Made by a program: the position numbers and the translations under genes. Shown here piece after piece: positions 36,842 to 45,658 of a stretch of DNA of 64,000 nucleotides. Origin of the DNA: a virus (lineage: Duplodnaviria > Caudoviricetes); the IMG/VR virus record IMGVR_UViG_3300032116_000166, positions 1,383 through 65,382 of that record. The stretch is one strand, 5' to 3'. The notes under the pieces were generated by a model. That model was not told the DNA's origin. It ran no database searches and saw nothing but the letters and a program-made list of their open reading frames with translations. How positions within the stretch are numbered: the stretch's first letter is position 1; every line of letters begins with the position of its first letter.

Positions 36842-37807
36842 ATGGCGTTACAAAGCTCTGGTGCTATTTCAATGTCAAATATAAATGTGGAACTTGGATA
36901 CAGTGCCACAGCAACCATTAGTTTAAATGATGGCCCTGTACGAGCACTACTACAAAGAAGTAGTGGAAACGTGTCTATGAGTGATGCACATGGAAAGAGC
37001 GCATGTGCCGCGTACGGAACATTTATAACTTCTTATTGTAGCGGTTATAGTTTATATTATAGATATGCGAATGGAAGTTGTGGAACCTATGATACATTAA
37101 TTGAAAATAATTCTACTAGTTGTGGATATTGTCCTCCTTCTGGTACATACGACAGCCAGTACTGTAGCGGATACAATTTATATTATAGGTATGCAAATGG
37201 AAGTTGTGGAACCTATGACTCATTAGTTGAAAGTAATTCTACTACTTGTGGATATTGTCCTCCTTCTGGTACCTACTTAAGTCAATACTGTAGCGGTACT
37301 ACGTTATACTATAGATACGCAAACGGAAGTTGTGGGTACTACGACTCTATTTATGCGTATAACAGTACAACTTGTGGATGGTGTCAAACATATGGAGTAC
37401 AAGTCGGTACTGAATGCCAAGGATACAATCTATATGACGTATACGCAGATGGAAACTGTGGTACTTATCTAGTATTTATAACTGGTAATGCAAATCAATG
37501 TGGTTACACTAGTGGAATATGTAGTGGATGTTCTGGTGCTAGCCAAGGCCTTGGCGGAGGCGATACTATGTACTACTATGTAGCTAGTGCTACAACTGGC
37601 TTTTGTGGTTGGGGATGTAATGGTGTATTTACTAGTGATTCTAATTGGGATTGTATTGCTACTGTTCAGGGAACTTATCCGCCCGGCGGGTCTGGTTATG
37701 TATATCTACAAAGAACAGGTTGCAGCAGTAACTTTTGTAGTGCAAGTTACAATGGGGCTTATACAAATGCGTGGACTTCAGCCTGGTGTGCTGTTACCTG
37801 TTGTTAA
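36842..37807 (+). CDS. Fibre-tip adhesin: gp38-like anchor, four 42-aa Cys repeats, LCCL-like C-domain
   Basis: MALQSSGAISMS.IN.ELG...ISLND..VR.L...SG..SMSD..GKS anchor; 126-bp DNA periodicity; WG.NGVFTSDS...G...GG.G.V...G....F..S.NG..T..W..W C-terminus. Confidence 0.65.
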   Translation: MALQSSGAISMSNINVELGYSATATISLNDGPVRALLQRSSGNVSMSDAHGKSACAAYGTFITSYCSGYSLYYRYANGSCGTYDTLIENNSTSCGYCPPSGTYDSQYCSGYNLYYRYANGSCGTYDSLVESNSTTCGYCPPSGTYLSQYCSGTTLYYRYANGSCGYYDSIYAYNSTTCGWCQTYGVQVGTECQGYNLYDVYADGNCGTYLVFITGNANQCGYTSGICSGCSGASQGLGGGDTMYYYVASATTGFCGWGCNGVFTSDSNWDCIATVQGTYPPGGSGYVYLQRTGCSSNFCSASYNGAYTNAWTSAWCAVTCC

Positions 37808-37818
37808 TAGGAGATAAC

Positions 37819-38262
37819 ATGAAATCTTATATAAAGATAGAGAATAATAAACCTACCGGCAGCATCTATGGACAAGACTATATGGAAAAATTGTTCCCTG
37901 AACATAATTTTTCTAGTGGTCCTCCTGCTAATTATGCAGAAATAATTTTAACTCCAAGACCGCCAGTACCCAGATTTCACAAGATAATTGTAAAAGATTA
38001 TACTTGGGCGGGAGGTAAGTTGTATGATACTATTGAAGTAGTTCCAATGACTCTTGCAGAAAAAGAAACAGAAGTAGAGCGTGCAAAACTTAATTTTTAT
38101 CGTAATACTGGATATAATTCTTGGACATATAATACACAGTTAAATGTTTTTGAACCACCATTTCAACCAACAAACCCTGTCCAAGGGGGTAGGTATGAGT
38201 GGAATGAACAAAACCAAAACTGGACACTAATAGGAGTTGAGGAGCCACCTAGTGCAACCTGA
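37819..38262 (+). CDS. Hypothetical fibre-associated protein
   Basis: ATG at 37819 after AGGAG; C-terminal YNSWTYN.....FEPP..P.....Y.WNE..QNW motif resembling tail fibre assembly-type proteins. Confidence 0.55.
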   Translation: MKSYIKIENNKPTGSIYGQDYMEKLFPEHNFSSGPPANYAEIILTPRPPVPRFHKIIVKDYTWAGGKLYDTIEVVPMTLAEKETEVERAKLNFYRNTGYNSWTYNTQLNVFEPPFQPTNPVQGGRYEWNEQNQNWTLIGVEEPPSAT

Positions 38263-38872
38263 TAAACCATTTGAAGAAATAATTGCAGAAACACCTATAG
38301 GTACTATTGTTGCTGTATATGTAAAAAAGTTTGTTTGTGATAGTCCAATTTCTTTTGAGGTAACTATTAAAGAAAAGATGGCCAAGCATCACAAACCTTT
38401 TGACTACTATACTATCTGTTATCCAATAGGTAAAGTGCCTTGGCCAGAACCTCATGTTAACAGGATATACTTCTTTACTCCACCAAATCCAGTATATGTT
38501 CTATCAGCAGATGCTGCACACCTTATTGAAGATTTTGACAGAGTTATTGCAACTATAGGTATAACACCGGAAGAAGCATCAAAACTGTACGCTGATCAGA
38601 ACCAGAAAGTAAAAGAATTTTTTAGCAAAAACTCTTCAGAAATGCCAAGCACTATGAGTATGGCTAAAAATTTGTTAAAACAAGGCTGGGATACTACTAG
38701 AGGACTATTAGAAGGTAAACCTATATTTGTTAATGATGAAACCCAACAAAAACGATTAAATATCTGTAAGACCTGTGATCAATTTATAGATGGCAGATGT
38801 AAAAGTTGTGGTTGTTTTATGGAACAAAAAACAAAACTTGAAGCAGCCACTTGCCCTATAAGTAAGTGGTAA
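38237..38872 (+). CDS. Hypothetical protein with C-terminal 6-Cys domain (DUF6171-like)
   Basis: RL.ICKTC......RCKSCGCFM..KT.L..A.CP..KW. Confidence 0.6.
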   Translation: MRSHLVQPDKPFEEIIAETPIGTIVAVYVKKFVCDSPISFEVTIKEKMAKHHKPFDYYTICYPIGKVPWPEPHVNRIYFFTPPNPVYVLSADAAHLIEDFDRVIATIGITPEEASKLYADQNQKVKEFFSKNSSEMPSTMSMAKNLLKQGWDTTRGLLEGKPIFVNDETQQKRLNICKTCDQFIDGRCKSCGCFMEQKTKLEAATCPISKW

Positions 38873-38876
38873 TATT

Positions 38877-38910
38877 AAAAAATACCCAGCCCTAAAGCTG
38901 GGTATTTTTT
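38877..38910. terminator. Bidirectional-type intrinsic terminator
   Basis: AAAAAATACCCAGC-cctaaa-GCTGGGTATTTTTT. Confidence 0.85.
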
Positions 38911-38913
38911 CGC

Positions 38914-38942
38914 TTGACCATTCTTGCCCATTGTGCTATAAT
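38914..38942 (+). promoter_or_regulatory. sigma70 promoter, fibre cassette 2 and lysis genes
   Basis: TTGACC-17 bp-TATAAT, TGn extension. Confidence 0.85.
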
Positions 38943-39000
38943 AGTACCAAAATATCAGAAGACCAAATTTTTGTGCTTCTAACAAATCAAGGAGCGCCCT

Positions 39001-39591
39001 ATGGCAAGTCCAACAAAACTGAACCTAAAAGTTTATCAGGGCAGTACCTTTCGTGAAACATTGCGTTGGGAAAGTGCTCTAAAAGTCTACTCACCTATCA
39101 CAAACATTTCAAAGAGCGCCCCAATGATAGTCACTGCCGCAGGACATGGAATCCCGGTGGGTTGGCGAGCAAAAATTAATGGTGCCTTAGGAATGAAAGA
39201 AGCCAATACTGGTGATACTTACCTAACTACCAGCGAGGTTACCACTAACTCAGTAACTTTCAATGCCATCAATGCACTAAACTATACAACATATACTGGT
39301 GGTGGGGTCTTGGAGTACAATCAACCAGTAGATTTAGCCGGATACACTGCCAGAATGCAGATCAGGGCTAAGTTAGACGACACAGCCGTGATTAAAGAAT
39401 TAACCACTACAAATGGTGGAATTATTATTGACAACACAGCAAAAACTATTCAAATGTATATTTCAGCCACCGACACAGCAGCCCTTTCTTTCCAGAATGC
39501 AGTGTATAGCCTAGAACTAGTAGGTAGTGGTGGAGAGGTTACTCAATTGGTAAATGGAACCTTAACCCTAGTTCGTGAGGTAACCAGATGA
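39001..39591 (+). CDS. Collar / LtfC(p132)/BppU-like adaptor with internal inserted domain
   Basis: YQGSTF...W / PVDLAGYTARMQIR...LTT.NGGI...ISA.DT..L....VY.LEL...G.VT.L..G......EVT. Confidence 0.7.
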   Translation: MASPTKLNLKVYQGSTFRETLRWESALKVYSPITNISKSAPMIVTAAGHGIPVGWRAKINGALGMKEANTGDTYLTTSEVTTNSVTFNAINALNYTTYTGGGVLEYNQPVDLAGYTARMQIRAKLDDTAVIKELTTTNGGIIIDNTAKTIQMYISATDTAALSFQNAVYSLELVGSGGEVTQLVNGTLTLVREVTR

Positions 39592-40085
39592 GTGACAGTT
39601 ACATAGCAGTAGAAGTAGAAAAGAATCAAACCGTTATTGCAACCCAGTCAGAAAACTTGGTTGTACCTACTGCCACTGTTGAAACTGTTGTAGCCAGTGG
39701 TGGTTTTCAGGGACCCCAAGGTATTCAAGGCCAAACTGGTCCTCAGGGCATTCAAGGTATACAGGGTATACAAGGTATACAGGGTGTACAGGGTATTCAA
39801 GGTGAAGCTGCTACTGTCGAAGTAGGTACAGTTGCTACCAGTAGTCCTGGTGGGGCTGCAGCTGTAACAAATTCTGGCACAAACAACGACGCTGTTTTAA
39901 ATTTTACAATACCACAAGGCATTCAAGGCCCTCAGGGTATTCAGGGTATTCAAGGTATCCCTGGTGAAAGCAACCTTGGTGGATACACAATTTCAATAAC
40001 CAGCCCACAACAGGGCGATCTGATTCAATTCGGTATGACTAACCAGTGGATCAACAGTAATCTTACCGATGGAGGTAATTTTTAA
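39588..40085 (+). CDS. Collagen-like fibre stalk protein
   Basis: Two (G-X-Q)n tracts flanking ...NSGT...AVLNFTIP.G; ends DGGNF. Confidence 0.85.
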   Translation: MSDSYIAVEVEKNQTVIATQSENLVVPTATVETVVASGGFQGPQGIQGQTGPQGIQGIQGIQGIQGVQGIQGEAATVEVGTVATSSPGGAAAVTNSGTNNDAVLNFTIPQGIQGPQGIQGIQGIPGESNLGGYTISITSPQQGDLIQFGMTNQWINSNLTDGGNF

Positions 40086-41857
40086 TGGCTAATACAATCC
40101 GAATCAAGAGACGGGCCGCTGGTGGAGCTGCTGGAGCACCAGGTAGTCTATTTAATGCCGAATTGGCATTCAACGAACAAGATAACACCCTGTACTATGG
40201 TTATGGTGTTAGTAGTGGTAGTACAGCAGCTAGCGTAGTACCTATTGCTGGTAAGGGTGCTTTTGCTGACCTTACAACAAATCAGACCATTGGTGGTATT
40301 AAAACTTTTAGTAGTACTATTAGCGCTAGTATTGATGGTAACGCTGCTACTGCTACAAAGTGGGCAAGTGGCATCAACATAGCAGTAAGTGGTGATATTA
40401 GCGGTACTACTTCTACCTTTGATGGTAGTGGCAATGGTACATTGAGTTTAACGCTTGCCACAGTTAATAGTAGTCCAGTAACAGGCCTATTACAGAAGAT
40501 TACCACTAATGCTAAGGGCCTAGTAACTGCAACAAGTAACGCAGTCTTAAACGACATTGGAGCTCCTACTAGCAGTTTTAGCTTTAACAGCCAAAACTTG
40601 ACTGGATTGGCAGATCCTGTTAACGCACAAGACGCAGCCACAAAGAATTATGTTGACAATGTAGCTCAGGGCCTAGACCCTAAGGGCTCAGTAAAAGCTG
40701 CAACCACTGCCAACATCACACTGAGTGGTCTACAAAACATTGACGGTATCAGCGTTGCCGCTAACGATCGCGTGTTGGTTAAAAACCAGAGTGCGGCCAG
40801 CCAAAACGGTATCTACGTAGCAAGCGCAAGTGCTTGGACCAGAGCAACTGACATGAGCAGTTGGGCAGAAGTTCCCAATGCTTTCGTATTCGTTGAAGAA
40901 GGTAGTACACAGGCTGATAGTGGTTGGGTTGTAACCAGCAATCAGGGCGGCACATTAGATACAACAGCTATCAACTGGGTACAGTTCAGCGGAGCTGGTA
41001 GCTATACCGCTGGTAATGGTCTAGAGCTTACAGGTAATGCGTTTTCTGTCAAGGCTGATGGTAATACAATCACTGTGGCTGCTGCAGGTATCAAGGTCAG
41101 TGACACCTATGCTGGTAATACTAGCCTAACAACTTTGGGTACAGTTGGCACTGGTACATGGCAGGCCTCAGTCATTGGCGCCACCTACGGCGGTACTGGT
41201 GTTAATAATGGCAGTAACACTATCACACTTGGTGGTAATGTTGTTACTGCAGGTGCTTTCTCAACAAGTGGTGCTAACGCTCTTACACTTACTACCACTG
41301 GTGCAACCAACGTAACCTTACCAACAACTGGTACGTTGGTCAACACAGCAGTTACTACATTGAGTAGCTTGGCTAGTATTGGTACTGTTACAACTGGTAC
41401 TTGGAATGCAGGCGTAATCGCTGGTCAGTATGGTGGTACTGGTGTAGCCAACACTGGCAAAACAATTACACTTGGTGGTAATATTACCACAGGTGGAGAC
41501 TTTACACTAAGTGGTGCATTTACTACCGCCATTACAGTAACTGGCAACACAAGTGTTACACTACCAACAACTGGTACATTGGTCAACACAGCCGTTACTA
41601 CATTGAGTAGCTTGGCTAGTATTGGTACTATCACAACCGGTGTGTGGAATGGTAGTACAATAGGTGTTGCCTATGGTGGTACAGGTGCCACAACATTTAC
41701 CACAAACGCTGTACTATACGGTAACGCACAAGGTGCTATCGGTGCAACAAGCACAGCAGGCACTTGGGACAGTGCAAACTCAGTAGGTCAATTACTGAGT
41801 GTAGATTCCAGCGGTACACCAACTTGGACCAATCTGGTCGACGGCGGAACATTCTAA
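40085..41857 (+). CDS. Tail fibre protein (Mtd-N-like N-terminus)
   Basis: MANTIRIKRR...AP.SL..AELAFNE....LYYG; DAATKNYVD; DRVLVKNQ...QNGIY; YGGTG repeats; ends DGGTF. Confidence 0.8.
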   Translation: MANTIRIKRRAAGGAAGAPGSLFNAELAFNEQDNTLYYGYGVSSGSTAASVVPIAGKGAFADLTTNQTIGGIKTFSSTISASIDGNAATATKWASGINIAVSGDISGTTSTFDGSGNGTLSLTLATVNSSPVTGLLQKITTNAKGLVTATSNAVLNDIGAPTSSFSFNSQNLTGLADPVNAQDAATKNYVDNVAQGLDPKGSVKAATTANITLSGLQNIDGISVAANDRVLVKNQSAASQNGIYVASASAWTRATDMSSWAEVPNAFVFVEEGSTQADSGWVVTSNQGGTLDTTAINWVQFSGAGSYTAGNGLELTGNAFSVKADGNTITVAAAGIKVSDTYAGNTSLTTLGTVGTGTWQASVIGATYGGTGVNNGSNTITLGGNVVTAGAFSTSGANALTLTTTGATNVTLPTTGTLVNTAVTTLSSLASIGTVTTGTWNAGVIAGQYGGTGVANTGKTITLGGNITTGGDFTLSGAFTTAITVTGNTSVTLPTTGTLVNTAVTTLSSLASIGTITTGVWNGSTIGVAYGGTGATTFTTNAVLYGNAQGAIGATSTAGTWDSANSVGQLLSVDSSGTPTWTNLVDGGTF

Positions 41858-41898
41858 CTTTTTAACAACCCTCCTATATAGGACAACAAGGGAGCCAT

Positions 41899-44800
41899 AT
41901 GGCAAACGTAATAAAACCAAAGCGTTCAAACACAGCAGCTGCTGTACCCACCACCGGCCAATTGGCTGGTGGTGAGATTGCAGTAAACATGGCAGATCGA
42001 AAGATCTGGATCAATAATGGTACTGCAGTAGTACAAGTAGGTGCAGGCAATTTGAGCGCACTGGGTGACGTAGTGATCACATCTCCATCAAATGGTGATG
42101 TAATACAATACAACAGCTCTAGCTCTACTTGGATAAATGGTGGTGTTGTTGCATCTACTGCTTCAAATATAAGCGGTGGTGCAACAAATCAGATAGTATA
42201 TCAAACAGGTACAAATACTACCAATTTTATTACGGCTCCCACAACTGGTGACACATATTTAAAGTGGACAGGTAGTGCTTTTAGCTGGGCCAGTGTGTCT
42301 GGCACTGGTGACATGGCCAAAGCCACTTATGACACCAACAACAACGGCAAAGTAGACTCGGCAGAAACTGCTGATGCAGTACCTTGGACTGGAATTACCG
42401 GCAAACCTACTTTTGCCGCTGTGGCTACTAGCGGACTATACAGCGACTTAAGTGGCACTCCTGTAATTGGTACAAATATCCAAGCCTGGAGTTCTAACCT
42501 TGATAGCTGGAGTGCGATTAGTACTACCAGCAAACAAGACACACTGACGAGTGGTACAAATATCAAGAGTATAGACGGCACTTCGTTGTTAGGTAGTGGT
42601 GACTATACCGTACTACCCACAGTGGGCCAAGCAACCGGCGACATACACGGTGTTGTAACACGCTCAGCGAGTACCCTGAGCTTTAATGAGGGTACTAGAA
42701 CTTTTACTATTGCTCCTGTTAGTGGTAGTTGGACTTTCTACAATAAAGGTACATTGTACACAATTAGTACCTCTAAGTCACTACAGATTGCAGACGTCAG
42801 TGGCACCACATTTATACGTTTCAACATTAATACTCTGGAACTGGAACAGTATGGACCAATTCCTGATTTTACAAATGACGTAATAGTTGCCTATATCTAC
42901 TGGAATGCCACAACCCAAAAATGTATTATTTTGGGTGACGAACGTCATGGCAGCAAGCGAGATACCACTTGGCACAGCAATCAACACCTGAACGTTGGTA
43001 CAGTCTGGAGAAGTGGTGGCGGTTTAACCTATACTCTCAACAATGCCAGCAGTGTACAGTTGGGTGTAGGTACGCCACTTGTATTGGCAGACGAAGACTT
43101 GGCACATACTATCAACCATAGTGCCACACCAACAGCAGACTATGAGCAAGTCCTAAATACTGCAGCCAGTTTAGAGGTATTATATCTAAACGGCACATCA
43201 TACACAGCCACAACGCAAAGCACTACTCCTTGGATAGCAGGTACTAGTTTGGCTCGTTATAATTTTGTAACTGGCGGAAGTGGTAGTTTGGTAGATGCTG
43301 CTGAAGGCAAGTATATTACTTACTGGCTATTGGGCACAAACGATACACGTAGACCTGTAAAATTGGTATTAGGCAGAGCAGAACACAGTTCTATAGATGC
43401 CGCATATGCAGAAGAATTTACTGAGTATGGATTGAGTTTTGCAGAACAGGTGTTTATGTACCAGATTGTGGTACAGACCAGTGCCAGTTATACTGCCAAC
43501 GCTGCAAAAATTGTAGTAGCAGGTGTTCGTAAAGTATTAAGTAAAGTCTCTACAAGTGCCAGTACCGTAAGTGCAACACAGCACAACGTACTGACCGGCC
43601 GCGAAAGTGCAGATGCTCACCCTATTGCAAGTATAACCAACCTACAGACTGCATTAGACGGTAAGCAGGCTACGTTGGTAAGTAACACAAATATTAAAAC
43701 TGTCAATAACAACAGCTTGTTAGGCAGTGGTAACATAGCAGTACAAGAAGTACTGGTAAGTAACACAAATATTAAAACTGTCAATAGCAATAGCTTGTTA
43801 GGCAGTGGCGACATAGCAGTACAAGAAGTATTAACAAGTGGCACAAATATTAAGAGTATCAATGGTAACAGCCTATTAGGCAGTGGCGACTTAACAATTG
43901 CTGGATCATCACAATCAGTTAGTGCAACAATAACTGCTGGTACCAATACTCAGGGTCAAGGTGCCCTCACCAGCGATTACAATATCGTCACTAGTACTCC
44001 TAACAATCCTAGCGCGGTAACCCTACCAACAGCAACTGCTGGCCGAACTATTAAAATTGTAAACAAGGGTACAAATGCTGTAAATATTTACCCTGCTACA
44101 GGTGCACAAATTGATGCTTTAGGGACTAACGCCTTCTATGACCTGCCAGTAAATGCAATCATTGAGGTTAATGCAAGTAGTACAACACAGTGGTACAGTA
44201 CTGGCAATACAGACATTACTCGTCTTGGAAGTATCTTTATTAACGAGTTTACGACTACAGTAACCAGCGGTACCACTGTAACACTGACTAATGATAGTAG
44301 TTATTACCAAGAATTTACTGGTACAACTGCCCAGACTGTTTTACTGCCCAATGCAACTACATCAACTGCTGGACTGGTATTTGAAATAATTAATAACAGT
44401 ACTGCCACACTAACGGTACAGACTTCTACTGCTGCTACTATAGCAACTGTACCACCAAGCTTAGCTGCTAAATTGGTTTTGAGTACTACGGCTTTTAATA
44501 CAACAGCTTCATGGGAGTTTGAGTACTCGGGGTTTGCCACTATTACTGGCACTGGCAATAACGTATTGTCTGTTGCTCCAACACTATCAAGCCTGTCTTT
44601 AGCTGCAGGTACAGCTACAGCAGGTACAGCTCCACTAAAGCTAACAAGTGGTGTTAACCTAACGGCTGCAGAAGCTGGTGCTATAGAGTTTGATGGGGCC
44701 ACCCTATACGGTACAGCCAACACCACTAATGGTCGCGGCTTTATACCACTCACATACTACTATCGCTTAGCAGCAAACGGTGCTAACATTGGTGCTGCTA

Positions 44801-45234
44801 TTGCTGACTTTTTTGGAGCCAACAGTTCTATTCCCTTAGTAGCCAACGGTATTTATGAAATAGATATAGAGGTTTACTACACTAAAAATACTGCTGGTAC
44901 AGTTGTATGGACTTTAACCAATTCTACTACTGTAACCAATATGGCTGTCAATGTTCAACACACTGCAGTAGCTGGTTATACGGCGGTACCCACAGCTACT
45001 GCGTTTACTGTTGCAGCCTTGGTGAACCAAACAGCAGCAGCCGTAGCATTTAGTGCCACAGCCTCGTTAACTAACAACACTAACCATATAGCAAAATTTA
45101 GAATAATTCTTGAAAATGGCAGCAGTACGTCCCTAAGACTTCGTGCCACAAGTAGTGCTGGTACAATAACACCACTTAGAAATAGTCGGTGGAAAGCCAC
45201 ACGTGTAGCTAATGCAAGCGCCTTAGCAGCATAA
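41899..45234 (+). CDS. Tail fibre protein (Mtd-N-like N-terminus, 26-aa repeats)
   Basis: MANVIKPKRS...P...L..GEIAVNMADRKIW; GDM.KA.YD.N.NG.VD; TNIK..N.NSLLGSG.I repeats; AHPIASITNL. Confidence 0.8.
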   Translation: MANVIKPKRSNTAAAVPTTGQLAGGEIAVNMADRKIWINNGTAVVQVGAGNLSALGDVVITSPSNGDVIQYNSSSSTWINGGVVASTASNISGGATNQIVYQTGTNTTNFITAPTTGDTYLKWTGSAFSWASVSGTGDMAKATYDTNNNGKVDSAETADAVPWTGITGKPTFAAVATSGLYSDLSGTPVIGTNIQAWSSNLDSWSAISTTSKQDTLTSGTNIKSIDGTSLLGSGDYTVLPTVGQATGDIHGVVTRSASTLSFNEGTRTFTIAPVSGSWTFYNKGTLYTISTSKSLQIADVSGTTFIRFNINTLELEQYGPIPDFTNDVIVAYIYWNATTQKCIILGDERHGSKRDTTWHSNQHLNVGTVWRSGGGLTYTLNNASSVQLGVGTPLVLADEDLAHTINHSATPTADYEQVLNTAASLEVLYLNGTSYTATTQSTTPWIAGTSLARYNFVTGGSGSLVDAAEGKYITYWLLGTNDTRRPVKLVLGRAEHSSIDAAYAEEFTEYGLSFAEQVFMYQIVVQTSASYTANAAKIVVAGVRKVLSKVSTSASTVSATQHNVLTGRESADAHPIASITNLQTALDGKQATLVSNTNIKTVNNNSLLGSGNIAVQEVLVSNTNIKTVNSNSLLGSGDIAVQEVLTSGTNIKSINGNSLLGSGDLTIAGSSQSVSATITAGTNTQGQGALTSDYNIVTSTPNNPSAVTLPTATAGRTIKIVNKGTNAVNIYPATGAQIDALGTNAFYDLPVNAIIEVNASSTTQWYSTGNTDITRLGSIFINEFTTTVTSGTTVTLTNDSSYYQEFTGTTAQTVLLPNATTSTAGLVFEIINNSTATLTVQTSTAATIATVPPSLAAKLVLSTTAFNTTASWEFEYSGFATITGTGNNVLSVAPTLSSLSLAAGTATAGTAPLKLTSGVNLTAAEAGAIEFDGATLYGTANTTNGRGFIPLTYYYRLAANGANIGAAIADFFGANSSIPLVANGIYEIDIEVYYTKNTAGTVVWTLTNSTTVTNMAVNVQHTAVAGYTAVPTATAFTVAALVNQTAAAVAFSATASLTNNTNHIAKFRIILENGSSTSLRLRATSSAGTITPLRNSRWKATRVANASALAA

Positions 45235-45245
45235 AGGAAATCACT

Positions 45246-45656
45246 ATGTTTAAAAAAGACAAAGATATCGAACTACTACACGCTCAGAGTGAAGTAGAAC
45301 AAAAGAAACACGATGCTCAAAGTACTGCACGTGAGGTTGCCAGTAAGTACATTGGCAAAACAGCAGTACCTTGGATCGTATTATTAGTTGTAGTAGGAGT
45401 AGTAGCTAGCGCTTTTTTAGACTCAAACACCTTGCCCGCAGTTGTGGGCTTGGTTTCCACTGCTGTAATGGCCCTAATCGCCATGGTAACTGGAATCACA
45501 GGAACCAAGGAAAAGGAAGAAAAGCCAGAGTTCAAGGTTATCCACGAACTGTTGTCTCGCCTAGACAAAGCACCTGAAACCATGAAGGTACAGGTCGAAG
45601 ATGACAAAGTAGTGGTTACCAAGGGCGGTGATACCATCGAAACCAAGAGGGTCTAA
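45246..45656 (+). CDS. Two-TM membrane protein (possible lysis accessory)
   Basis: Two hydrophobic helices, charged termini; first gene of the lysis cluster. Confidence 0.55.
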   Translation: MFKKDKDIELLHAQSEVEQKKHDAQSTAREVASKYIGKTAVPWIVLLVVVGVVASAFLDSNTLPAVVGLVSTAVMALIAMVTGITGTKEKEEKPEFKVIHELLSRLDKAPETMKVQVEDDKVVVTKGGDTIETKRV

Positions 45657-45658
45657 TT

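Noticed and set aside
13717-45234. Diversity-generating retroelement or invertible shufflon acting on the fibre genes
   Set aside because: No reverse transcriptase or recombinase in the window. The repeats are in-frame coding duplications, with no adenine-specific mismatch pattern that I could see and no inverted crossover sites.
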